From a bacterium (GTDB lineage Bacteria; Zhuqueibacterota; Zhuqueibacteria; Residuimicrobiales; Krinioviventaceae): DNA of 64,000 nt. Shown here piece by piece: positions 20,010-29,344 of this stretch (positions within the stretch are counted from its first letter, which is position 1; every line of letters begins with the position of its first letter). The DNA is taken from positions 992,001 through 1,056,000 of the forward strand of contig CAXXMD010000003.1 in the NCBI GenBank assembly GCA_963675755.2. The letters are read 5' to 3'. The notes beneath the pieces are model-generated. The model did not search any database. It saw nothing but the letters and a program-made list of their open reading frames with translations, and had not been told where the DNA came from. The position numbers and the translations under genes are program-made.

Positions 20010-20949
20010 TTACTAAAGACTCCATATATGTTAATTTTTCCTGATTTGTGTCTAAAACAGATTTTATGCCCAAAGGCAGCGAAATCTTGATATCAGCATG
20101 ACCATAAAATACATTACCAATGACAGGTATATTCAAATCTTTTATGTAATGCTCAACAATATCATCCAGATCAACAGGTTCTTCAGACATTTTATCAACA
20201 CAATTCGTAAACTGTCCCAAAACCAAACCCTTAATCTTGTACAATACCCCCGAATTTTTCAACTGCGCAAACAAACGATCAATTTTATACAAATCTTCAC
20301 CAACATCTTCAAGAAACAAAATACTGTTTCTAAAATCCGGTATAAAATTTGTGCCCAGCAAACCCGTCAATACAGTCATGCAGCCGCCAATCAAGCGACC
20401 TTTGGCTATGCCTTGCCGGTATACTTTGACAGGTCCGCCAATTTCTGCAAAAGAAAGCTCTGGCTGAGAATCTCCGGTCAACTGCTGCCAAAAGGACTTT
20501 TCAGAAAGCGTATCCATGCCGGTTTTCAAGTCCACAGCCACCATCGGTCCTGATAAAGAGACCAAACCGGACTTTTTATATAATGCCAGTTGAAGCGCAG
20601 TAATATCACTATAGCCCACCAGCCACTTGGGTTGTTTACGTATAACTTTATAATCTATTGCATTCAGAATACGGGGCGTTCCATAACCACCACGAGAAGT
20701 CAAAATAGCTTTGATTTGAGGATCGCTGAACATTCGGTTAATATCGTGTTCACGCTGCTGATCGCTGCCGGCCAGATAGCCATTCTTGTCTGCAATACTG
20801 CTGCCTTTAACAATTTCATACCCCCTGCTTTTTAAATATTCAACACCCTCTAAAAATGCATCATATTTCTCCCCAAACAAGGGACTTGCAGGAGAAATAA
20901 CACCAATGCAGTCGCCGGGCTTTAATGCAGCAGGTTTTCTGATTTTCAC
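19999..20949 (-). CDS. ldcA: LD-carboxypeptidase (peptidase S66)
   Basis: SPAS, YLAGSD..R, RGGYG, GYSDITAL, FLEDVGE, YGH (Ser-Glu-His triad). Confidence 0.9.
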   Translation of the reverse strand: MKIRKPAALKPGDCIGVISPASPLFGEKYDAFLEGVEYLKSRGYEIVKGSSIADKNGYLAGSDQQREHDINRMFSDPQIKAILTSRGGYGTPRILNAIDYKVIRKQPKWLVGYSDITALQLALYKKSGLVSLSGPMVAVDLKTGMDTLSEKSFWQQLTGDSQPELSFAEIGGPVKVYRQGIAKGRLIGGCMTVLTGLLGTNFIPDFRNSILFLEDVGEDLYKIDRLFAQLKNSGVLYKIKGLVLGQFTNCVDKMSEEPVDLDDIVEHYIKDLNIPVIGNVFYGHADIKISLPLGIKSVLDTNQEKLTYMESLVNGR

Positions 20950-21005
20950 AAACGGTCTCTCAAGGATGGACAGGCCCGAAAGGGTATTTTCGGGCCGTGT
21001 TAAAT

Positions 21006-22289
21006 TTATCTCAAATACATCTGTAATTCGTACATGGATTGAGGATAATAGAATCGATAATCGCCAAAGCCAGTCTTGTCTACAAATTCAAACCTGCGGT
21101 TCAATCTGTAATAATTCCAGATCTCCCAGGGACGCATATCGCTTGGGTATGGATCACGTGCAATATCATCCGGCGGACCCAGCAAAACATACAGCATACC
21201 CCGATCTGTTCTCCAGCCCTCGCGCTGCATTACGGAAAAATAACGGTTTGCAAATTCAATACGCCCATAATGCGCATCCATTGCCTCATTCACTTCTGTT
21301 CCCGGAGTTGGATCGTGACGTTTCCAAAACTTTTTAAACTCTTCCATCTTTTCATCATCCGGGGCTTTTTTCAACAACTTCCACTCACCAGGAGTTGCAA
21401 TATACTCGATCTGACGAATTGCCATATCCAGGTTTTGTGCGGTTCCGGGTAAACCTTCCATCCGGATAAAGAAATTTTTCTCTTCTTTTGCTTTTTTCCC
21501 GCCGGCTTTTACTTCAAGCCTGAACTCATATCCATCCGGGGGTAAAGAATCTATTGGCAATTCTATTGAGGCCAGCGTACGGCTGCCAGTCAAATCAATT
21601 GAATACTCGTCTTTCAATTCCAACTTGGCATTTATCGCATCAATCTCGTATTTTATTTCAGCAGTGGCAGCATCTGTCTGATTATAAATCTCAAAAAAAG
21701 CAAAAGCGGGTGGATTCAATCCTTTAGCTACATTGGTAACCGTTGGAGAGATGCTTTTAATGCCCGCGGAATCAATCTCAATATCTTTGAGATATGCAAT
21801 ATCAGACAACATCACTTTATCTTTTGTAAACTCTTTTAATTTGAGCTTAAATTTTATCGCATAGCTCTTTTCAGATTCAAGATCCTGAACAGAAACTGCA
21901 GCCATATATTCATCAGGTTCCAGATCAAACTGGGCATGTGTAGAGCTGTACATATTCAGCGAATTGGTCTCATCAAATCGTTCTACAAGCAACTCTTCTT
22001 TCCAAATCTTCCCATCAACCTGAAATTCATCATCATCATAAATGACCATTGTCACTTCATACTTAGCTTCAAATCCACTGTCTTTTTTGATAAATTGCAA
22101 ATCATCATACTTGACTTCTACATAGACATTTATCCTGCTCAATTCAGGGTTATCCGGAACCGCAACATTCACAACATCTACATTATAAGGCATCTCAATC
22201 CTGGCAGTTGTACGTGTCATATTAGGTTGAGCATATATTAAAGACAGAGAAAATAACACAATTACAGATAGTCTCTTCATTACTTTCAT
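21006..22289 (-). CDS. GWxTD domain-containing exported protein
   Basis: Signal peptide; FWKRHDPTPGT.VNE...RIEFAN..F...GWRTDRGMLY..LGPPD. Confidence 0.9.
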   Translation of the reverse strand: MKVMKRLSVIVLFSLSLIYAQPNMTRTTARIEMPYNVDVVNVAVPDNPELSRINVYVEVKYDDLQFIKKDSGFEAKYEVTMVIYDDDEFQVDGKIWKEELLVERFDETNSLNMYSSTHAQFDLEPDEYMAAVSVQDLESEKSYAIKFKLKLKEFTKDKVMLSDIAYLKDIEIDSAGIKSISPTVTNVAKGLNPPAFAFFEIYNQTDAATAEIKYEIDAINAKLELKDEYSIDLTGSRTLASIELPIDSLPPDGYEFRLEVKAGGKKAKEEKNFFIRMEGLPGTAQNLDMAIRQIEYIATPGEWKLLKKAPDDEKMEEFKKFWKRHDPTPGTEVNEAMDAHYGRIEFANRYFSVMQREGWRTDRGMLYVLLGPPDDIARDPYPSDMRPWEIWNYYRLNRRFEFVDKTGFGDYRFYYPQSMYELQMYLR

Positions 22290-22322
22290 AATATTACCTT
22301 TTTACCAACACAATCATACTCT

Positions 22323-22351
22323 ATTATACAATTAAAACAATTCACATTCAA
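22323..22351 (-). promoter_or_regulatory. sigma70-type promoter for the GWxTD gene
   Basis: Minus strand TTGAAT-17nt-TATAAT. Confidence 0.65.
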
Positions 22352-22355
22352 GTGT

Positions 22356-23645
22356 TCATTCCGACAACTTGGCATGCAAATCATAAATATCGGCGTTTGT
22401 AATTTTTACATTCACAATATCACCAATGTTAGCTGATACTGGCAAAGGTATTAATACAGAGTTGTCTATTTCAGGTGCGTCCCACTGTGTTCTGCCGATC
22501 GCTGCATTGATCTCTGTATCAATTTCATCGATGATTACCGGAATCTTTTTGCCAATCAGCTCCTTATTCTTTAAATACGTTATCTCTGCCTGAAGTTCCA
22601 TAATTTCGTTTTTGCGTTGTTCTTTTACATCCGCAGGTATATCATCCGGCAATTTATATGCACGTGTACCTTCTTCATGCGAATAGGTAAATGCACCAAG
22701 TCGTTCAAACCTAAATTCTTGCACAAAATCCAGCAATTCCAGATAATTATCTTCCGTTTCACCAGGATACCCGGTAATTACCGTAGTACGTAACATCAAT
22801 TCGGGTATCTCTTTACGCATTTGACGAATCAGAGTCTCAATTTGTTTACGTGTCACGTTCCGGCCCATAGCTTTTAAAATGGGGTCGGATATATGCTGAA
22901 CGGGTAAATCGATATACTTTACTACTTTATCCAGTTCTGCTATTGTGTGGATAAATGAATCCTGCCAATGTGCGGGATGCGTATACAATAGCCTGATCCA
23001 TTCAAGGCCATCAAGAGCGTTCAGCTCTCGGAGCAATGCGTCTAATCCTTTTGATTGATCGAGATCTCTGCCATACATGGTTGTGTCTTGCGCAACCAGC
23101 ATGATCTCACGAACTCCTGCCGAAACCAGGTTTTGCGCTTCATTCATTATACTATCGTATGGTCTGCTCACAAAATCGCCCTTAATCAGAGGAATTGCGC
23201 AATAACTGCAGCGATTGTTACAACCTTCGGCTATTTTTAAATATGCAAAATGAGAAGGCGTTATACGTAACCTTTCCAACTGTTCAACATAGGGCAGACT
23301 CAGGCTTTTATTGAGATTTCTAAGTGTTGTGGCAATCTCGGTTGTATCAAAATACTCGTCAACCTGGGGAATCTCTTTGCGGAGTTCATCTTTGTAACGC
23401 TGAGGCAAACATCCTGATACAAACACTTTGAATTGGGGATTATCTTTTTTTTGCTCAACGGCTTCCAGAATTTTATCAATAGATTCCTGTTTGGCGTCAT
23501 CAATAAATGCACAGGTATTGATAATTACTGCGTCTGCCTGCTCAACCAGATCGACAATCTCCACCCCTTCGCCTATTCCACCCAGAATAAATTCCAGATC
23601 GATCTCGTTCTTGGGACACCCCAAACTTATATATGATAGTTTCAC
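22356..23645 (-). CDS. rimO: Ribosomal protein S12 methylthiotransferase
   Basis: SLGCPKN, NTCAFI, GCLPQRY, AEGCNNRCSYCAIP, C-terminal TRAM with DAPEID. Confidence 0.95.
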   Translation of the reverse strand: MKLSYISLGCPKNEIDLEFILGGIGEGVEIVDLVEQADAVIINTCAFIDDAKQESIDKILEAVEQKKDNPQFKVFVSGCLPQRYKDELRKEIPQVDEYFDTTEIATTLRNLNKSLSLPYVEQLERLRITPSHFAYLKIAEGCNNRCSYCAIPLIKGDFVSRPYDSIMNEAQNLVSAGVREIMLVAQDTTMYGRDLDQSKGLDALLRELNALDGLEWIRLLYTHPAHWQDSFIHTIAELDKVVKYIDLPVQHISDPILKAMGRNVTRKQIETLIRQMRKEIPELMLRTTVITGYPGETEDNYLELLDFVQEFRFERLGAFTYSHEEGTRAYKLPDDIPADVKEQRKNEIMELQAEITYLKNKELIGKKIPVIIDEIDTEINAAIGRTQWDAPEIDNSVLIPLPVSANIGDIVNVKITNADIYDLHAKLSE

Positions 23646-24553
23646 TGAAACAATGCCTCTACAAAAAGGTCAGCATCAAATTCCTGCAGATCGTCTATCT
23701 GCTCTCCTAAACCAATATAACGGACCGGTATACCCAGTTCCTTAACAATTGAAAATACAATTCCGCCTTTGGCGGTTCCATCCAGTTTAGTCAGTACTAT
23801 ACCCGTAATATTAACAGATTCTGCAAATTTCTTGGCCTGCACCAGCCCATTCTGTCCGGTGGTAGCATCCATAACCATTAACACTTGATGAGGAACATTT
23901 GGATTTTGCCTTTGAATAACCCGATGGATCTTGTCCAGCTCGGCCATCAGGTTCACTTTGGTATGCAGCCTGCCAGCGGTATCAATAATCAATACATCCA
24001 TATCTTTGGCAACAGCTGAATTATATGCATCGTACGCAACAGACGCCGGATCAGCACCTGTTTGGGGTTGAATGACTTCAGAAGCGGTTCGCTCAGCCCA
24101 AACACACAGTTGCTCAATTGCAGCCGCTCTGAACGTATCTGCAGCTGCCAGCATTACTTTTTTGTTCTGTTGTTTTAGAATATTGGCAAGTTTACCTATA
24201 GTCGTTGTTTTTCCGGTACCATTTACGCCAATAACACTGATCACATGTGGTCGCTGGCTCATATCAATCGATTGTTCCGGAAGATCCTTGAATACCTGGG
24301 CAAGTTCTCTTTTTAAAAGATTGATTACATCATCAGAGGATTTTATCGGTTCCCGTTTGCTTTTTTCTTCAAGATTTTCAATAATCTTTTCAGAGGTTTC
24401 AACACCTACATCACTCAAAATCAACAATTCTTCAAGCTCTTCCAGCACATCGCGGTCAATTTTTTTGCCCAGTGTTACAACATTTTGAATATTGTCTACA
24501 AAACCGGCCTTTGTCTTGGCAAGGCCTTTTTTTAATTTATCTGCTAAACCCAA
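23642..24553 (-). CDS. ftsY: Signal recognition particle receptor
   Basis: GVNGTGKTTTIGKLA, DTFRAAA, DTAGRL, TKLDGTAKGG. Confidence 0.97.
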   Translation of the reverse strand: MGLADKLKKGLAKTKAGFVDNIQNVVTLGKKIDRDVLEELEELLILSDVGVETSEKIIENLEEKSKREPIKSSDDVINLLKRELAQVFKDLPEQSIDMSQRPHVISVIGVNGTGKTTTIGKLANILKQQNKKVMLAAADTFRAAAIEQLCVWAERTASEVIQPQTGADPASVAYDAYNSAVAKDMDVLIIDTAGRLHTKVNLMAELDKIHRVIQRQNPNVPHQVLMVMDATTGQNGLVQAKKFAESVNITGIVLTKLDGTAKGGIVFSIVKELGIPVRYIGLGEQIDDLQEFDADLFVEALFQ

Positions 24554-24564
24554 TTCTCATTTCC

Positions 24565-25176
24565 TTACTTGCTCTTGTAAATATTTTCAATTCTTTCTTT
24601 CAGCTTTACAGATTTTCTGATAATGGTTTCCATATGATTAAAAAAGTAGATTATTAATGAAAAAGGTATCAGAAAAATAGAAATCCACAAAGCAATCTCT
24701 TTTGCAATGGGGACCTGAAGTGTGTATAAAATGATAACCAATGCCAGAAATGTTGCTGTAAATTTACCCGGCATGTTAGATTCCATAATGGTTCTTTTGC
24801 GCTTGATAACCAGCATACTGCCCAGAAGGATAAAAAAATCACGTCCAATAACAATGGCAACAAACCAGGCAGGCAATCCCTTTTTCATGGCAAGCAGCAG
24901 CATAACCGAGGCTACACTCAGCTTGTCAATCAACGGGTCAAGTAATCGACCCAGTTGAGACGTCATGTTCAATTTCCGGGCAAAAAATCCATCCAGAAAA
25001 TCGGTAAAACTGGCCAGCAGCATAAACAGCAGGGCCAACCGATCTCCCGTCGTGGTGCCCATCCATAAAAAATACAAAACAAAGGGTAAAAAACCCAATC
25101 GGCTCAAAGTTAAAATATTCGGTAGTCCAAAAACATTCTTGTCTTCCGCAAGCAGTTCCCTAATACTGGATTTCAT
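24565..25176 (-). CDS. CDP-alcohol phosphatidyltransferase (PgsA-like)
   Basis: LPNILTLSR; signature TDFLDGFFAR...G..LDPLIDK. Confidence 0.9.
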   Translation of the reverse strand: MKSSIRELLAEDKNVFGLPNILTLSRLGFLPFVLYFLWMGTTTGDRLALLFMLLASFTDFLDGFFARKLNMTSQLGRLLDPLIDKLSVASVMLLLAMKKGLPAWFVAIVIGRDFFILLGSMLVIKRKRTIMESNMPGKFTATFLALVIILYTLQVPIAKEIALWISIFLIPFSLIIYFFNHMETIIRKSVKLKERIENIYKSK

Positions 25177-25185
25177 AAAACCCTC

Positions 25186-26358
25186 TTAGGTAAAGACTTT
25201 GATTGCCTCGAGAATTAATGATGGCTTTTTGACCATTGCTGACTTGAACAGACCTAAAATACTTCTTTTTTCCATAGGTAAATCCAGAATTACTTTTGCA
25301 GTATCATCAAGGTCTTTGTCACTCATATTATACACAAATTCTTTTAATTTATAAAATATTTTATTCTTTTTTCCTTCAGAATTATGCCATAATTTTTGAT
25401 ATTCGCTGAGTCGCTTTGCTGTAAAATTCTTTTCCTGTACCGCCTTACCGGCAACAATACCCGCAAATTTACCGGCCACCATACCATTCACAATACCACC
25501 TCCCGAAACCGGATTCACCTGTCTTGCGGCATCACCAACGAGCATTAATCCATCAGCATAAATTTCGTCCTGTTCAAGGCTACAAGGATCTCCGCCAACC
25601 ACAGTTGTAATAATTGCTGCGTTTGGAAAATACTCTTTCATAAACTCTTCAAGATACTGGTACACACTCTTGTCTTTTGAAGCCTCACCTGAAATACCCA
25701 AACCTACATTTGCCAATCCATTCCCTTTGGGGAACACCCACAAATACCCTTTGGGGGCGATTGAGCTTGAAAAATAAAAATGACAATAGTTCTCATCCAG
25801 ATCAATATTTTGAGCTGTATACTGTGCGCAGGTTTCCATATCTTTCATGGGAACACGGGTTTTTAATCCGGCCCAACGGCCAACGCGTGACTCTACACCA
25901 TCCGCACCAATTACAATATCAGCGAATATTTCATATTCGTTGCCAAGATGTTTTACTTTAACGCCAGCAACTTTTTCATCTTTGATAATAAGATCGTAAA
26001 CATAAGCTTTTGTTATTATTTCAGCACCTTCTTTGGCGGCAAGTTCTGCAAGTCCCTGATCAAACTTTTTGCGATTCAACACATATCCAACTTCTTTTGA
26101 ATCAACTTTAACTTCCATGCCTGACGGCGAGTACAGCATAACACCGGTAATTTTTTGATCAATCCATTGGGGTTCCAGCTTGTCCAATACGGTTAATACG
26201 CCTTTTTCACCCACACCTTCCGCGCAGCGAACAGGAACACCTACTTCACGGTCTTTTTCAAGCATCAATACAGACGCTCCTGATTGAGCAGCAAAACGAG
26301 CTGCCGTAGAACCCGCAGGGCCGGCGCCAACGACTATAACATCATATTTATTCTTCAT
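25186..26358 (-). CDS. Geranylgeranyl reductase, archaeal digeranylgeranylglycerophospholipid-reductase type
   Basis: Start reassigned to ATG 26358 (GGAGG SD). GAGPAG FAD motif, PVRCAEG, RKKFD, GADGVES.VGRWAG, APKGYLWVFPKG (PxxYxWxFP), GDAARQVNPVSGGGI. Confidence 0.88.
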   Translation of the reverse strand: MKNKYDVIVVGAGPAGSTAARFAAQSGASVLMLEKDREVGVPVRCAEGVGEKGVLTVLDKLEPQWIDQKITGVMLYSPSGMEVKVDSKEVGYVLNRKKFDQGLAELAAKEGAEIITKAYVYDLIIKDEKVAGVKVKHLGNEYEIFADIVIGADGVESRVGRWAGLKTRVPMKDMETCAQYTAQNIDLDENYCHFYFSSSIAPKGYLWVFPKGNGLANVGLGISGEASKDKSVYQYLEEFMKEYFPNAAIITTVVGGDPCSLEQDEIYADGLMLVGDAARQVNPVSGGGIVNGMVAGKFAGIVAGKAVQEKNFTAKRLSEYQKLWHNSEGKKNKIFYKLKEFVYNMSDKDLDDTAKVILDLPMEKRSILGLFKSAMVKKPSLILEAIKVFT

Positions 26359-26530
26359 CTTTAGCCTCCAATGCGCGTATCGGACAGATATATACACAAT
26401 TCATACAAACCGTACATTTATCTGTAATTTCCAGATCATTTTCTGACAATTCAATTGCATCATGAGGGCAAACACCCACACAGGTGCCGCAAAAATCGCA
26501 TAATTCACGATTATAAATAATTTTTTTCAT
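26348..26530 (-). CDS. 2x[4Fe-4S] ferredoxin
   Basis: CDFCGTCVGVCP and CTVCMNCVYICP; overlaps the GGR start. Confidence 0.92.
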   Translation of the reverse strand: MKKIIYNRELCDFCGTCVGVCPHDAIELSENDLEITDKCTVCMNCVYICPIRALEAKDEE

Positions 26531-26540
26531 AAGTTATCCC

Positions 26541-27500
26541 TTATTTCATGCTCAAACTTGGGTAAACAATATTAAATCTCTTTTTATAATACCATTTTGA
26601 AAAATAGAATACAAATACAATTAATACCAGATACAGTGGGAAACGATAACAAATAACCAACGAAAGAAACAATGCAGCGAATTTATTGGTAGTGAGTATA
26701 TGTTTGACTGACTGGTTCAGGGTTGTAAAAATAAAAAATGGCAAAATCAACAGCGTGGGAATTAAAACAATAATATCGCGAGTCAATAGTCCAAAGACAA
26801 TGGCAATAACATCAGAAATCAATCCACCCCATATTGCTGCCTTGGCACCATATTTTACCGCAACCGTTATCTTTTCAGAGGCTTTATCACCCTCTATGTC
26901 GGGTATAGTGGTGTAAAAATAGACTGCCATCATGCCCAGAATATAGGGAGCACCGTAATATATCATATTCCATTGTGGCTGACCTTGTATCATCCATCCA
27001 AAAGAAAACACAATGAATCCACCAAAAAAATTGGGCAAAAATCCACCAATGGGTTTGTTTTTCATGACCAATGGTTTGCAGCTATACATCCAACCCATTA
27101 TAATATAGGCCAATATCATTACAACCGCCAATGGCCAATAAACAAACGCCAAAATCCCGATTGGCAAAACAGTCAACAAGATCGTTTCAATATAGGCGTT
27201 TACCAGTTTGATATCACCATTTGCAATGAGAAACAACTTTTTATTTAACCGGTCAGTTTCTACATCTTCAATTTGGTTTACAAGAAAAACCGCTCCCATC
27301 AAAAGCGTAAATAATCCCAGATATACAAAAACGGAAATATCAAAATCCGCAATCACAACCAGCCTTGCTGGTTGTGATGCAGATAATATATCGAAACGAT
27401 TCTGTGCCCATACACCGGCAAGCGCAATTGTCCAAACCGGAAAAAACAATGTCGGACGTAATACAAAAATATAGTCCAGAAATTTCAAACCCTTATTCAT
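26541..27500 (-). CDS. UbiA-superfamily membrane prenyltransferase (DGGGP synthase/ChlG/HPT-like motifs)
   Basis: Start likely ATG 27500; about 9 TM; NQIEDVETDRLNK, YSCKPLVMK, IPDIEGDK...TVAVKYG aspartate-rich motifs. Confidence 0.85.
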   Translation of the reverse strand: MNKGLKFLDYIFVLRPTLFFPVWTIALAGVWAQNRFDILSASQPARLVVIADFDISVFVYLGLFTLLMGAVFLVNQIEDVETDRLNKKLFLIANGDIKLVNAYIETILLTVLPIGILAFVYWPLAVVMILAYIIMGWMYSCKPLVMKNKPIGGFLPNFFGGFIVFSFGWMIQGQPQWNMIYYGAPYILGMMAVYFYTTIPDIEGDKASEKITVAVKYGAKAAIWGGLISDVIAIVFGLLTRDIIVLIPTLLILPFFIFTTLNQSVKHILTTNKFAALFLSLVICYRFPLYLVLIVFVFYFSKWYYKKRFNIVYPSLSMK

Positions 27501-27549
27501 AAAAAACCACCAGTACGGGGGCCCCCGCATTTATGTAAAGATACTGTTA

Positions 27550-28977
27550 TCAGGAATTTTTTGACTGCTTTACAGATTCATGTTGAAACTTGCCTATTTT
27601 TTCCTCAATAGGAATGGGATAATCTCCCGTAAAGCAAGCAGTACAAAATCCATTTTCAGGAGAAACTGAACTCATCAATCCTTCTTTTGACAAATAGTGA
27701 ATACTGTCGCATCCCAGGTATTCACCAATTTCCTGAACGGATCTGTTATTAGCAATCAACTCTTCTTTACTTGGAAAATCCATACCATAAAAACAGGGTG
27801 AAGTTATAGGGGGTGAACTGACCCGAATATGCACTTCTTTGGCACCAGCCTGACGAATCAATTTCACCAACTGACGAAGTGTTGTTCCACGGACAATAGA
27901 GTCTTCAACCACAACAACGCGCCTGCCCTGTAAAATACCGCGGACTGCATTGAATTTTATACGAACGCTGAAATCTCGCATATTTTGTTTAGGGTGAATA
28001 AAGGTCCTGCCTATATAATGATTACGGATGAGGCCCAGCTCAAATTTAATATTTGATCTGCGAGAAAATCCCACAGCAGCGGTATTGCTCGAGTCCGGAA
28101 CAGAAATTACAATATCCGCTTCTGTTGGCAGCTCTAACGCCAAATTTTTTCCGAGTTTTCTACGGACCTTGTCCACATTTTCATTAAAGATCATACTATC
28201 GGGTCTGGAAAAATAGATAAATTCGAATATACAAGAATGTTTTTTCTTGCCCATATTGACTTTATGAGAAACCAACCCTTCGGCACTAATTTCTATCAAT
28301 TCACCGGGTTCGACATCTCGAATATATTCAGCTCTCACAATATCCAAAGCACAGGTTTCTGAAACAACAAACCAGGCATTACCTTTTTTGCCAATACACA
28401 AGGGCCTGACACCATGAGGATCGCGGGTAGCAAAGATACGATCTTTGGTCAACATGATCAATGAAAATGCTCCGTGGATCTGGTTCAATGCATCAATAAC
28501 CTTGGCGGAAAACTTTCTTTTTTTTGATCGAGCAATCAAGTGTGCAACAACTTCAGTATCTGTAGTGGTCTGAAAAATAGATCCTTCTTGTTCAAGACTT
28601 TCTCTCAAACCACCTGAATTTGTAAAATTCCCATTATGGCTTATTGCCAAAGGACCATCTTTACCGGTAAGCAGCAAAGGTTGGGCATTGATTAAATGGG
28701 TTGAACCTGTTGTGGAATATCGATTGTGCCCAATAGCAATATGCCCTTGAAGGTAATCAAAAATTTTCGGATCAGAATACACATCTGAAACCAATCCCTG
28801 GGCCACATGACGTCTTACTTGTTCACCGTCACTGCTTACAATACCCGAGCTCTCTTGTCCTCTATGCTGTAATGCATATAATCCCAGGTAACTGTAATGT
28901 GCCGCGTTTTTATCTCCAAAAACTCCAACAATACCACAGTTGGATTCTGGCTTGTCTAATTCTCTTTGTTGATTCAT
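27550..28977 (-). CDS. purF: Amidophosphoribosyltransferase
   Basis: Propeptide followed by CGIVG, LQHRGQESSG, GHNRYST, CIFEFIYFSRPDS, VEDSIVRGTT, CFYGMD. Confidence 0.97.
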   Translation of the reverse strand: MNQQRELDKPESNCGIVGVFGDKNAAHYSYLGLYALQHRGQESSGIVSSDGEQVRRHVAQGLVSDVYSDPKIFDYLQGHIAIGHNRYSTTGSTHLINAQPLLLTGKDGPLAISHNGNFTNSGGLRESLEQEGSIFQTTTDTEVVAHLIARSKKRKFSAKVIDALNQIHGAFSLIMLTKDRIFATRDPHGVRPLCIGKKGNAWFVVSETCALDIVRAEYIRDVEPGELIEISAEGLVSHKVNMGKKKHSCIFEFIYFSRPDSMIFNENVDKVRRKLGKNLALELPTEADIVISVPDSSNTAAVGFSRRSNIKFELGLIRNHYIGRTFIHPKQNMRDFSVRIKFNAVRGILQGRRVVVVEDSIVRGTTLRQLVKLIRQAGAKEVHIRVSSPPITSPCFYGMDFPSKEELIANNRSVQEIGEYLGCDSIHYLSKEGLMSSVSPENGFCTACFTGDYPIPIEEKIGKFQHESVKQSKNS

Positions 28978-28983
28978 ATGGTT

Positions 28984-29343
28984 TTACTCTACATTGTTTA
29001 ATATAATAAGGCCAATTGTGATACCGGCACAATCTGCAACTAAATCCTTGTAACTAAAATATCGCTTCCTGATTGTGCCGTCATATATTTCTTTAAAAAG
29101 TCCTAATGAAAATGAGAATCCTACTGCCACTCTTTTAGAGGAATGGGTAGAAAATGACAACTCTTCTTTTGCAACATAATTTCCCAAAGCCACCAGATAG
29201 GCACTGGTAATAAAATGGTGGGCTTTATCTGAGGCAAACCAACGATCCTGCATCGAGGTTTGCAAAGAATCGGGATTTGTACTCGTTTCGCAATACCCCG
29301 CCGAAACAACAAAAAGCAGAAATATTGCTAAATAACGTGACAT
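28984..29343 (-). CDS. YfiM/DUF2279-like small membrane protein
   Basis: DRWFASDKAHHF...KEIYD...FSYKDLVAD..G. Confidence 0.7.
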   Translation of the reverse strand: MSRYLAIFLLFVVSAGYCETSTNPDSLQTSMQDRWFASDKAHHFITSAYLVALGNYVAKEELSFSTHSSKRVAVGFSFSLGLFKEIYDGTIRKRYFSYKDLVADCAGITIGLIILNNVE

Positions 29344-29344
29344 T

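Noticed and set aside
26359-26397. ORF-track N-terminal extensions of the GGR (also UbiA 27530, DUF5683-like 31378, GT39 60847)
   Set aside because: They overlap upstream genes or terminators; downstream starts with SD sequences or family-typical N-termini fit better.
27516-27527. Perfect palindrome CGGGGGCCCCCG between purF and the UbiA gene
   Set aside because: Short, seen only once, and without an adjacent U-tract; at most a minor mRNA hairpin.
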